A stretch of DNA of 32,000 nucleotides from Nitrososphaera viennensis EN76 (GCF_000698785.1 NZ_CP007536.1:270001-302000), one strand, 5' to 3'. Positions 7,889-16,697 are shown, counted from the first letter of the stretch. Numbers and translations: made by a program. The notes: generated from the letters alone by a model not told the origin.

Positions 7889-10800
7889 CTAGTTGCCCTC
7901 AGCGGTGCTACTATTGATCTGTGCAAGCGGCACCTGCCCTGGGTTCCTGTATTTCACTACTTGCGACACGCCCTGCCTAGGGTATACGCCGTAGATGAGG
8001 GTCGCCTTTGCCACGGTCGAGTCCTTGAGCGTCACCATGATTATCTGGTTGTCCTTTGAGCGCTCTACCAGGATCTTTGACAGCCGATCGGTGTTCTGCG
8101 CGTCAAGGTGCGCGTCCACCTCGTCCATCAGGTAGAACGGCGACGGCTTTAGCGACTGGAGCGCAAGCAAAAACACCGTCGCGGCGATTGTTTTCTCGCC
8201 GCCGGAAAGCGCGGTCGACTCCCTTGCTACCTTACCCGGGAACGCCACAAGGAGCATCACGCCGCCGGCAAACACGTCCTCGGGGTTTTCAAGCTCGAGT
8301 CTTGCGTTTCCGCCCGTCAGCTTGGAAAATGTCGTGCGTATGTCGCTGTCAACCTTGCCAAACGCGTCCATGAACATCTCTTTCTTCTCCTTCACTATCT
8401 GCTCTATGAAAGAGACTATCGAGTTGCGCTCGCTTTCAAGCTGGTTGCGCCGGGTGGACATGCCCCTGTAGCCTTCCATCACCTGCACGTACGACTCGTC
8501 GGCGCGCAGGTTTATCCTTGATTTTACCTGCTCGTACTCGTCTGACAGCTCTTTTATCGCCCCCTCTACGTCCATCGGGTCAAGCAGGCTCTTGTAGCCC
8601 AGCCACACAAGGTCGTTTACGAGGCGGGATTCCTGCGCTGTCAGGTCGGCCACGTCCTTGCGCAAGAGCGCAGACTCGCGCTCGATGATGTTATTCTCCT
8701 TTGACACCTTGCGCTCCTCCTCCGAGAGCCCCTTTATCTTGCGCTCGTATTCCTGCAGGACAGAGTAGGCGTTGCCGGAAGAGTCGATTATCTGCTGTTC
8801 CTGGTCCCTGAGCGCCTTTAGCTCGGTCTCTAGCGACTGCGCCTTGATCCGCATCTCCTCAGTCTGCTTTTTGCGCTGGTCAAGCTCCATCGTCAACCGC
8901 TCCTTTTCCTCTTCCAACTGCGCAAGCTGGCGCTGGTCAAATTCAAGCCTGCTTTCAATCCCGCCAAGCGAGCTTGAAATCTGGCTCAACTCAATGTTTG
9001 CACTGTCTGCCTGCTTGACTATCTGGTTGCGCTCGACGTTTATCTCTGCAAGCTGCGCCTTGGCGGCTGACTCGTCGATTCCCTGAAGGCGCGCAGACAG
9101 CCTTTCGATGGTAGGCAAAATGAGTTCAAGCCTGCGCCTGTATTTTCCAAGCTCCACGGCTAGCGCTTCTGCCTCTTGGGCAAGCGCCTGTCCCTGCGCC
9201 TGCATCTCTGGCAGCGTTTTTTCCTTGCCTGCAACGGACGCCGACTCCTCTGCAAGGCGCGTCTCGTTGCTTGAAATCTGGATCTCTAGCCTTATCTTCT
9301 CGGACTCGGCCGATGCAATGCGCTCTGCGGCCTCGCGCAGCTGCGCGTTCTTTTTCTCCACCGCCTTTGACAGCCTCCCAAGCATGTCCCGAAGCGACTC
9401 GACCGAGTCACCAAGGATGATTGCCTTTGTCAGGTCCGAGATCTTTGATCCAAAGTCAAGTGCCATCGAGCCTCCTGCCGGCTCGAACAGCTCGCCTTCC
9501 ACCGACACCGCACGAAAGCCCTGCCGTGCAAGCATGTACGCCGCAGACGAGTTCCTGACCACGATTGCGTCTGAAAACAGAAACTCGGGCAGCGCCTCGT
9601 ACTCTGAATACACAAAGTCAGATACGCGCCCGACCACGTTCGTGTCGCCCCTGAATTCCTTTGTGGGCCGGGGCCTGTAGCGCCCGACGATGTCAAGCGG
9701 GATTATGCGAAGGCGCGGGAGTTTCTTTTCCTTTGCATACGCGGCGATTGCTATCATGGACTTGACGTCCTCCACTACAAACGCCTTCATCCATTCAGAG
9801 CCTGCCGCAAGGACCGCTCGCTCGTAGCTCTTGTCCCACCTTACCAGGTCGTGGACGATTCCCTTGATGCCGAACTTCTCACTGTACTTGGAAAGCTCTG
9901 CAATCGCAAAGTCCTCGTTCATGGCATGCTTGGCCACGCTTGCCCGCTCCTCGAACTTGGTCGCCATCGTGTCTGCCTTTGAGAGTATCGCGGCAGAGCC
10001 GGCAAGCTCGCGCTCTAGCGCAGTCTTGGTTTCTGCAAGTGCATCAAGCGTGTTTACCGTTTCCTGTAAGCGTGACCTGTCAGATTCAAGCGACTTTTGC
10101 AGCTCTGCCATCCTTGTTTTCGCAGAATCGACCTCTGATGCAAGCGACGCAAGGGCCAAGTCGCCGGCGTCTTTTTTGTACGTATTGGTCTTGATCTTTT
10201 CCTCCATCCTTGCCGCGGACATCTCGATTGAATTTCTGAGCGATGAGACGCGCTTTGCCCTGCCTTCCAGCTTTTGCCGCAGGCCCGCGTAGCGCGAAAT
10301 TACCGCCGACACCTCCTCCACTTTGGTGTTTACCTGGTCCAGCCTTGCGCGCAGGGCCGCAAGCGCCTCCTTTTTCTGGGCCACAGATGCCTGCAGCCTC
10401 TCTGCGTCTGCCTTCATGCCCTCTGCCCGCTGGGCGATTGCCTGCTTGCCTCCCTCTATCTGGGGCAGCCTCCTCTCGATGTCGGAAATCCTGCGCTGCG
10501 ACTCGCCAAGCATCGCCTTGGTGCGCTCCGAGTCGTGGACAATTGCAGCCGTCCTGCTTGCAAGCTGCGCCTTGGCCTTGTTTGCCGCGTCCACCTCCTC
10601 CATGAACTTTGCTTTCTCTGTTTCCAGACCTTCGATTTCCTGCCTTAATTCATCAAGTTGCTTTGTCAGCTGCGCCGAGCGCTGGTTGTTGCCTTCCAGT
10701 ATCTGGGTGCTGGTGGCAAGCTTGCTCCTCACCATCCTGATGTTGTTTGAGAGCTGCACCGCCTTGAACCGCTTTAGTTCGGAGCCTATCTGCTCGTAGC

Positions 10801-11443
10801 GCAGCTGGTCGTTGCGCTCTGCCTCGAGCTCGTCTATGCGCTTTCGGATCTCGCCCATCCTTGCAAAGGCGACTTCAAGGCGCCTGTCGGCCTCGTCAAG
10901 CTGCTTTAGCGCCTCGGCCTTTTTCTCGTCAAAATATGAGAGGCCAACAATGTCCTCGATTATCTTGCGCCTCTCTTCAGAGTTCAGCTCTGAAATCCTT
11001 GTTATCATGCCCTGCTGCACGATGTTGAGCTTGTTTGGAGCCGACAGCACGACCTCGAGGAGCTCCATTATGGCAGTCTTGGACACCTTTTTTCCGTTCA
11101 GCAGGTATTGCGACTCGCCGCTCTGGCCCTCCATCTCCCTTGTAAGGGTGACTGCGTCCTCATCCATCGGTATGCCCCTGTCCGCGTTGTCAAACGTGAC
11201 GCTGACGCGTATGAGCCTGTGGCCGGGGTTATTGGCGTCGTGAAATAACGATTGAAATTTGTCGACCCTCATGGCTTTTGGGCTGTTCTCGCCTATCGCA
11301 AACATGATGGCGTCAAGGATGTTGCTCTTGCCCGAGCCGTTTGGGCCCGTGATGGCTACCAGCCCCTTCTCAAACTGCACGATAGTGTTGCGGAATCCAA
11401 ACGACTTGAACCCGTACACCTCGAGCTTTTTGATGTGGACCAA
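7889..11443 (-). CDS. smc: SMC chromosome segregation ATPase
   Basis: Walker A is GPNGSGKSN at the N-terminus. Long coiled-coil arms carry a central hinge. The C-terminus has the signature LSGGEKT and Walker B FYLMDEVDAHLD. Length is 1184 aa. The start codon is TTG, and the conserved N-terminus MVHIKKLEVYGFKSF requires it. Confidence 0.92.
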   Translation of the reverse strand: MVHIKKLEVYGFKSFGFRNTIVQFEKGLVAITGPNGSGKSNILDAIMFAIGENSPKAMRVDKFQSLFHDANNPGHRLIRVSVTFDNADRGIPMDEDAVTLTREMEGQSGESQYLLNGKKVSKTAIMELLEVVLSAPNKLNIVQQGMITRISELNSEERRKIIEDIVGLSYFDEKKAEALKQLDEADRRLEVAFARMGEIRKRIDELEAERNDQLRYEQIGSELKRFKAVQLSNNIRMVRSKLATSTQILEGNNQRSAQLTKQLDELRQEIEGLETEKAKFMEEVDAANKAKAQLASRTAAIVHDSERTKAMLGESQRRISDIERRLPQIEGGKQAIAQRAEGMKADAERLQASVAQKKEALAALRARLDQVNTKVEEVSAVISRYAGLRQKLEGRAKRVSSLRNSIEMSAARMEEKIKTNTYKKDAGDLALASLASEVDSAKTRMAELQKSLESDRSRLQETVNTLDALAETKTALERELAGSAAILSKADTMATKFEERASVAKHAMNEDFAIAELSKYSEKFGIKGIVHDLVRWDKSYERAVLAAGSEWMKAFVVEDVKSMIAIAAYAKEKKLPRLRIIPLDIVGRYRPRPTKEFRGDTNVVGRVSDFVYSEYEALPEFLFSDAIVVRNSSAAYMLARQGFRAVSVEGELFEPAGGSMALDFGSKISDLTKAIILGDSVESLRDMLGRLSKAVEKKNAQLREAAERIASAESEKIRLEIQISSNETRLAEESASVAGKEKTLPEMQAQGQALAQEAEALAVELGKYRRRLELILPTIERLSARLQGIDESAAKAQLAEINVERNQIVKQADSANIELSQISSSLGGIESRLEFDQRQLAQLEEEKERLTMELDQRKKQTEEMRIKAQSLETELKALRDQEQQIIDSSGNAYSVLQEYERKIKGLSEEERKVSKENNIIERESALLRKDVADLTAQESRLVNDLVWLGYKSLLDPMDVEGAIKELSDEYEQVKSRINLRADESYVQVMEGYRGMSTRRNQLESERNSIVSFIEQIVKEKKEMFMDAFGKVDSDIRTTFSKLTGGNARLELENPEDVFAGGVMLLVAFPGKVARESTALSGGEKTIAATVFLLALQSLKPSPFYLMDEVDAHLDAQNTDRLSKILVERSKDNQIIMVTLKDSTVAKATLIYGVYPRQGVSQVVKYRNPGQVPLAQINSSTAEGN

Positions 11444-11537
11444 GTGGGTTCTGGGATGAGATTTTACACAGGGCTAATTATCTGTGCTGGCGCTCATTTG
11501 CGCTTCCTTTTAGTCAAGTATTTTTAATCAGAGCTAG

Positions 11538-12641
11538 CTAGCGTTCCCGCTTGCCCTCGACAAACTCGAGGAAATTGGCCTTTGCAACGGAATACGGCAT
11601 CTGGACTGGCGGGTGCTTGAAGCAGTAGGCCGAGATGCTGTCAAGCGGGCCGGATATGCCCCGGTCGATTGCTATCTTGGCGCATCTTGCCGCGTCTATC
11701 ATGACGCCTGCCGAGTTGTAGGCATCGACCACCTTCAGCTTAAGGTCAAGTTCCACGGGGATGCCTCCAAAGTACTGGCCCTTTATCGAGATGTAGCAAA
11801 TCTTGTCGTTTTCAAGGAAGCCTACAAAGTCGGACGGGCCGATACGCATCGGGACCTCGTACGGGGCCATAGCTGCCACCGCGGATGTCTTGCTTATCCT
11901 CTTGTCTTCGAGGCGCTCCTCGTCAAGCATGTTGTAAAAGTCCATGTCGCCTCCGATGTTCAGCTGGTAGGTCTCATTCACCTTGACGCCCCTGTCGACA
12001 AACAATTTTACCAACGTCTTGTGGACGACTGTCGCGCCGAGCTGGCTCATGACGTCGTCGCCGGCGCACGCAAGGCCGCGTCCTGCAAAGGCATCCTGCC
12101 ACTTGGGCGTAGACGCGATGAATACCGGTATAGCGTTTACAAATGCGCATCCTGCATCAAGACATGCCTCTGCGTAGTATTGCGTACCACGCCTGCTTCC
12201 CACCGGCAGGTAATTGAGCAGCATCTCTGCGCCCGTGTCCTTTAGCACCTGCGCCACGTTTGCAGCCGGGCCGTCTGCAACCTTGATCTTTTGCGCAAGG
12301 TGCCTGCCGATGCCGTCGTGGACCTCTCCCTTTTGCACCTTGACGTCTGTCTTGTCCATCTCTTTTATGATGCGGATAGTGTTGTTCGGCTTGGTAAATA
12401 TTGCCTCGGAAAGGTCCTTTCCAACCTTGTTTGCGTTGACGTCAAAGGCTGCGACAAACTCGATGTCTGACGGCTCCAGCCCTCCAAGGTTGTAGGCTGT
12501 CAAGCCTATCCAGTCGCTTTCCTGTTTTCTGGCGTCTGGGTTTTCGCGGTAGTACCGGGTGCCTTGGACTAGAGCAGAAGCGCAATTGCCGATCCCGGCA
12601 ATGGCGACCTTGACCTTTCTACGCATCTCGTCTATCTGCAT
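11538..12641 (-). CDS. ino1: myo-Inositol-1-phosphate synthase (inositol-3-phosphate synthase, bacterial/archaeal Ino1 type)
   Basis: The N-terminal Rossmann motif VKVAIAGIGNCASALVQGTRYY closely resembles the actinobacterial/archaeal Ino1 motif (VAIVGVGNCASSLVQG, from memory). Size is 367 aa. It starts at ATG. Confidence 0.85.
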   Translation of the reverse strand: MQIDEMRRKVKVAIAGIGNCASALVQGTRYYRENPDARKQESDWIGLTAYNLGGLEPSDIEFVAAFDVNANKVGKDLSEAIFTKPNNTIRIIKEMDKTDVKVQKGEVHDGIGRHLAQKIKVADGPAANVAQVLKDTGAEMLLNYLPVGSRRGTQYYAEACLDAGCAFVNAIPVFIASTPKWQDAFAGRGLACAGDDVMSQLGATVVHKTLVKLFVDRGVKVNETYQLNIGGDMDFYNMLDEERLEDKRISKTSAVAAMAPYEVPMRIGPSDFVGFLENDKICYISIKGQYFGGIPVELDLKLKVVDAYNSAGVMIDAARCAKIAIDRGISGPLDSISAYCFKHPPVQMPYSVAKANFLEFVEGKRER

Positions 12642-12662
12642 TAGAATCTGCTTAATATATCT

Positions 12663-13364
12663 TCAAGTTGTTCTCGGGACAGAGCAAATCGTCTTTGTAT
12701 AAGCTATTTCAAACCCTGCGCTTTTGTACAGGCCAAGCAGGTTTTCGCTTCCAAGCGTCTGTAGGAACAAAAGCGAGCCGCGCTTTTCCGCAAGCGCCTT
12801 GGCAAAATTCAGAATCGACCTGGCGACGCCCTTGTTCCTATACGCCGGGATCGTGCCAAGGCAGTAGGTGCCGGTCATGCTGTTGTCGCTTTTTGTGAAA
12901 AGCGCCGCACATCCTGCCGGCAGATTGTCTTCATTGTATGCCAGCAAGAGATCCAATCTTTTTGCACTGGCTGCCATGATGCGTGCAACTTCGTCCTTCC
13001 ATCTTGGAACTGAAAACGACCTGCAAAAGACATCGACCCACGTCGCGACTTCTTCCGATGACTTGCATACTACTATTCTGATCCTGCCGTCGTTATGCCC
13101 TGCCTTTTTCGTCGATCTCAATACGTACATGGTGTCTGCCACGCGCAGGCCCTGCGGCGGCGACTTGAAAAAATAAAGGTGGCAATCGATGCCTGCGTCC
13201 CAGAACACCTTTGCCACCTGCTCGTACGGGACATCGCAATTTTCGACTGTTGCCCTGCTGAAGAAATAGTCGCCTTCAAGCCTCGGGTTGACAAGCGCAG
13301 TGGCGCATCTGATCTCTATTTTCTTTGTCCATAGCGAGCAGAACGCCCACTCGTTTTCCTCCAT
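12663..13364 (-). CDS. GNAT-family N-acetyltransferase with an additional N-terminal domain of about 90 aa
   Basis: The acetyl-CoA binding motif A is IPAYRNKGVARSILNFA in the C-terminal half. Track ORF start 13445 would overlap the upstream ligase gene by 65 nt. The ATG at 13364 (MEENEWAF) removes that overlap and leaves a 16-nt gap. Confidence 0.7.
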   Translation of the reverse strand: MEENEWAFCSLWTKKIEIRCATALVNPRLEGDYFFSRATVENCDVPYEQVAKVFWDAGIDCHLYFFKSPPQGLRVADTMYVLRSTKKAGHNDGRIRIVVCKSSEEVATWVDVFCRSFSVPRWKDEVARIMAASAKRLDLLLAYNEDNLPAGCAALFTKSDNSMTGTYCLGTIPAYRNKGVARSILNFAKALAEKRGSLLFLQTLGSENLLGLYKSAGFEIAYTKTICSVPRTT

Positions 13365-13380
13365 CGCCCTGTCGTAATCA

Positions 13381-14508
13381 TCAGTACCTGAGGCCAAGTA
13401 TTCCTGCCATCTCTCTAGTACCTGCGCCTGCGCGCGCCGCTTCAAGCATCACCTTTATCGCGCCTTGCGTGTCAAAATCGTCGTCCAACTTTTGCATGAA
13501 TTTCTTCATGTACGCTACCTTGTCTTTTTTGTCGGCTGCGCCTGAAATCGCATTGTCAAGCTCTGCGCATTTGGCCAGCTCGTTTTCTGCAAAGTCGAGC
13601 CGCTTTCCGTAATGCGTGGAATAGAGGTAAAGTCGCAACGCGTTTGCGCTGTGGTTCTGCAATAGCTCTCTGATGGCGACCGTGTTGCCAAGCGACTTGC
13701 CCATCTTCTTTCCCTTGACGTACACGAGGCCGACGTGCGTCCACAACTTTACCGGCTCCTTTTCAGACGTGAGCGCGCTCAGCTGCGCAAGGTGCGACTC
13801 GTGGTGCGGGTATACGAGCTCGTCAGCGCCGCCGTGCATGTCGTACCTGCCACCAAAGTGGGCCATGGCAACCGACGTGTCCTGCATGTGCCACCAAGGT
13901 ATGCCGTTTCCAAGCACGCTGTCAGAAAAGCTGATCCCAAAATCCTCGCCTGTGCTCCAGAGCAGAACGTCAAACGGCGATCTCTTGCCAGGCGCAATGT
14001 CCAGCCTGCAGTCTGCAAGCTCTTTTTCAGTCATCTTTGACAGCCTGCCAAAGCCTGCGCTTTTGGCGTCAAGGTAGACGTTTCCGCTTGCGCTGTACGC
14101 CTTGCCCTCGTCAAGCAGGCGCCTTGCAAGCACCCGCGCCGTCTGCACGTGATCTGACACGCGCGCAAACGCAAAGCCGTCAATGCCAAGGACCGCCGTA
14201 TCGTGCAATAATTCGCCGATGTAGGACGTGGCAAGCTCTTCCGGCGCCGTGCCTTCTGCTTTTGCCCTTGCAAATATCTTGGGATCGATGTCGGTAATGT
14301 TCACGATGACCTTGACCTCTGTGCCCAGAAAGCGCAGGTAGCGCGTCACCATGTCGTAAAAGAGGAGCATCCTTGCGTGGCCCACGTGCGAATAATCGTA
14401 CACGGTAGGCCCGCAGAGAAATATCCTGGCGGCGTTTCCTGGAGCAAAGTCTTTCTTTTTTGCCGCCAGCGTGTCATGGATCTTCAAGTGCCGGATAGCG
14501 CCTGCCAA
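13381..14508 (-). CDS. CysRS/MshC-family class I ligase lacking the C-terminal anticodon-binding domain and carrying altered zinc-site residues (not a canonical cysteinyl-tRNA synthetase)
   Basis: It has HIGH as HVGH in LCGPTVYDYSHVGHAR and KMSKS as KMGKS. It is colinear with E. coli CysRS (from memory) up to the DDDF(N/D)T helical bundle. It ends about 30 aa later, at 375 aa versus about 460. WHIEC is replaced by WHMQD, and HHENE by HHESH. The start is TTG at 14508, or TTG at 14487. Confidence 0.8.
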   Translation of the reverse strand: MAGAIRHLKIHDTLAAKKKDFAPGNAARIFLCGPTVYDYSHVGHARMLLFYDMVTRYLRFLGTEVKVIVNITDIDPKIFARAKAEGTAPEELATSYIGELLHDTAVLGIDGFAFARVSDHVQTARVLARRLLDEGKAYSASGNVYLDAKSAGFGRLSKMTEKELADCRLDIAPGKRSPFDVLLWSTGEDFGISFSDSVLGNGIPWWHMQDTSVAMAHFGGRYDMHGGADELVYPHHESHLAQLSALTSEKEPVKLWTHVGLVYVKGKKMGKSLGNTVAIRELLQNHSANALRLYLYSTHYGKRLDFAENELAKCAELDNAISGAADKKDKVAYMKKFMQKLDDDFDTQGAIKVMLEAARAGAGTREMAGILGLRY

Positions 14509-14517
14509 TGGTTTTCG

Positions 14518-15651
14518 TCAGACGGCCTCGGCAAGTTCGGGGCGCTCTTGGCTTATTATCTTGCCAAGGCCGCGCATGTAGTTTCGCGCAAACGTCGACA
14601 CCGGCTGCGATGAATACCAGATGCAGCCGAGCACTTCGCAGTCGTGGCACGTCCTTGCAATGTCCCACTGCGGCGCGCTCCATATCTCGTCTACCGAGTG
14701 CTCAAGGAGGCTGTACGTGTTTTCCGGGCCGTTGAACTTCCAGCACGGGACCATCACGGTGCCATCGCCGTTTACAAATATGCTCTTCCACACTCCGCAC
14801 TCGTCGAAAATCCCGCGGCCGTGCTCCAGTATCTGCCGGAAATACTCTGGCGGGATCATCACCTGCGGGCCTCCTCCTTTTTCTTTTTGCTTGCCCATGT
14901 AGTCAAGTATGCTTTCGCACACCTTGTTCATTGTCTGCCTGTCGGGAAGAAGCGAATAGTCGACATCCGACCTGTCCTCTACAAACGTGAACGAGACTGC
15001 GCTTGCGCCAAGCTCTCTTGCCCTGTCAAAATATGTCTGGTCAATGAACTCTTGCGTGTTGTATTTCGTAATGACGCTGTTGAAGTAATGCGAGACCTTA
15101 TGCTCTGTCAAGAGGTGCAGGTTGTCCATCACCCTGCGGTACATGTGCGGGTTGACCCCGCGCACCTTGCAGTACGATTCCTCATAGGTCGAGTCGATGC
15201 TACATGTGACAAACTGGATGTGCTTTCTCAGCTCGTCAAGGTCGATTGTGTGCAAAAGCGAGCAGTTGGAGATGAGCGTTACCGGCATTTTCAGGCCGTG
15301 CAGGTATTTCACGAGCTCCATAAAGTCCGGCCTGCTCGTGGGCTCGCCTCCTTCCACTATGGCCCAGACGCAGTATTTCGACACCTTGTCAAACACTGCC
15401 TTCCATTGCTCGGTTGTCAGGTCCTTGCGCCTTGCAAGCGCCATCTGGCCTTCCTTGTCCGCGTCTCCAAAGGGGCACATGGGGCAGTAAAAGTTGCAGT
15501 AATGGGTCATGCTGAACACTGCGATCAGCGGGCGTCTCCTGCCGACGGCCCTGTTTGCGGACCACTTGCCGAGCAGCTTCAGCGTCCTTATGGTGTCTAC
15601 TCCTCCCATTACGATTTTTGTAAAATGTCCGGAGTATTTCTGCCTTGTCAT
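14518..15651 (-). CDS. Radical SAM enzyme with a C-terminal SPASM/twitch-like Cys-rich extension
   Basis: The CxxxCxxC motif is HYCNFYCPMC and a GGEP motif is present (VEGGEPTS). C-terminal cysteines are ECGVWKSIFVNGDGTVMVPC and CHDCEVLGC. The ATG is at 15651; the track start at 15660 is a TTG three codons upstream. The stop lies 9 nt from the start of the ligase gene. Confidence 0.8.
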   Translation of the reverse strand: MTRQKYSGHFTKIVMGGVDTIRTLKLLGKWSANRAVGRRRPLIAVFSMTHYCNFYCPMCPFGDADKEGQMALARRKDLTTEQWKAVFDKVSKYCVWAIVEGGEPTSRPDFMELVKYLHGLKMPVTLISNCSLLHTIDLDELRKHIQFVTCSIDSTYEESYCKVRGVNPHMYRRVMDNLHLLTEHKVSHYFNSVITKYNTQEFIDQTYFDRARELGASAVSFTFVEDRSDVDYSLLPDRQTMNKVCESILDYMGKQKEKGGGPQVMIPPEYFRQILEHGRGIFDECGVWKSIFVNGDGTVMVPCWKFNGPENTYSLLEHSVDEIWSAPQWDIARTCHDCEVLGCIWYSSQPVSTFARNYMRGLGKIISQERPELAEAV

Positions 15652-15695
15652 CGTGCGCAAAGGCTAACAGAGGGGGCGTGCGCTACGCATGTGGC

Positions 15696-16334
15696 ATGGA
15701 CGCCCTTGCCTTTGGCGCGGAGGTGGTTGCAGTTTCGGCCTCGGGAGTGCTTGCACCCGGCCCGCTGTTTGTCGCAAACGTGATGTACGGGACAAGGCAG
15801 GGCGCGCTTTCTGGAATCAAGGTCGCGCACGGACATGCGGTCGTCGAAAGCACAGTAATCGCTGTGATCGCGGCAGGGCTCTTTTCCGCTTCTGCTTTTA
15901 TCGCAGACTATGCTGATATTGTCACAATATTCGGCGGCGTGTCGATAATTGGCTTTGCCATTGTACAGATAATCAGCATAGTCGCGGCAAGAAAGAAAAG
16001 TGACCAGAAAAAAAAGATCGAGACAAGGAAGGGGCCGTTTGCCACCGGCGTCGCGTTCTCCGCCCTCAACCCGTTCTTTCTTGTCTGGTGGCTCACAGTC
16101 GGCCTGAAACTGATATCGGACTCGGCCGCCTTTGGATCCGTGACGGGTCCCGCGCTATTGTTTGGCATGCACGTATGGATGGACTATGCATGGCTTGCGG
16201 CCACTGCGTACCTTGCGTCAAAAGGGAGTTCGGTGCTAAAGTCGAAATACTACCGGGTCTTGATGCTTGGGCTGACCGGCCTTTTGCTGTACTATGGCGC
16301 GCAGTTTTTGACAAGCGGGATAATGATAAAGTAA
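15696..16334 (+). CDS. LysE/RhtB-family amino-acid (or small metabolite) exporter
   Basis: The N-terminal motif is SGVLAPGPLFVANVMYGTRQG, with six predicted hydrophobic helices and size about 213 aa. The ATG at 15696 avoids overlap with the divergent radical SAM gene. Confidence 0.7.
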   Translation: MDALAFGAEVVAVSASGVLAPGPLFVANVMYGTRQGALSGIKVAHGHAVVESTVIAVIAAGLFSASAFIADYADIVTIFGGVSIIGFAIVQIISIVAARKKSDQKKKIETRKGPFATGVAFSALNPFFLVWWLTVGLKLISDSAAFGSVTGPALLFGMHVWMDYAWLAATAYLASKGSSVLKSKYYRVLMLGLTGLLLYYGAQFLTSGIMIK

Positions 16335-16354
16335 AATAATAAAGAAAATTATTA

Positions 16355-16663
16355 TTACTTTGCGCGCGAGATAGGCACATCTATCGTAGACACGTTTCTC
16401 GTCTTGCCGTCCTCTGATGTCACCTGCTCGGAGCCGAGCTTTATCGGGCCGATCTTGTAGCCGATAGTGTCCATCCTCTTGACGATTATCTGTGCCACGT
16501 CCACAGCCCGGGTGATGCTCTTGCCCCTGGCCTTTATGATGACTGTCGGCTCGTTGGCCAGCTGCACCAGCGTGGCGGTAACATAGGTCATCAATGGTTT
16601 CTTGCCGATAAAAATCTCGTTAGATGCCTTTGGCGGTCTGGTTGTATTGGTGCTGGTAGACAA
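16355..16663 (-). CDS. albA: Alba DNA/RNA-binding chromatin protein
   Basis: NEIFIGKKPLMTYVTATLVQL...VIIKARGKSITRAVDVAQIIVKR is the typical Alba fold sequence. Length is 102 aa. The start is TTG, and the conserved core begins before the first internal Met. Confidence 0.85.
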   Translation of the reverse strand: MSTSTNTTRPPKASNEIFIGKKPLMTYVTATLVQLANEPTVIIKARGKSITRAVDVAQIIVKRMDTIGYKIGPIKLGSEQVTSEDGKTRNVSTIDVPISRAK

Positions 16664-16688
16664 TGGTGGAAACTATTGGGCAAGGTAG

Positions 16689-16697
16689 CATATAATG
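16689..16697 (-). promoter_or_regulatory. TATA-like box (minus-strand CATTATATG) upstream of albA
   Basis: It is centred about 30 nt upstream of the TTG at 16663, consistent with a leaderless or very short-leader transcript. Confidence 0.4.

Noticed and set aside
8056-11243. A series of + strand ORFs of 84-190 aa inside the smc gene
   Set aside because: All are Ser/Ala/Arg/Leu-rich mirror frames of the coiled-coil coding sequence, where the Glu/Lys/Leu/Ala repeats keep the antisense frames open. None has start context or motifs.
14644-15783. A 379-aa ORF on the + strand covering almost the entire radical SAM gene in antisense
   Set aside because: Its composition is Arg/His/Val/Leu/Ala-rich and typical of a shadow frame opposite a GC-rich gene. 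It has no motifs. The minus-strand frame carries clear radical SAM signatures.
16335-16356. An AATAATAA-N6-TTATTATT hairpin between the convergent LysE and albA genes, considered as a bidirectional terminator
   Set aside because: It has only an 8-bp all-A/T stem, so predicted stability is very low. Archaeal termination relies mainly on oligo-T tracts. I left it unannotated.
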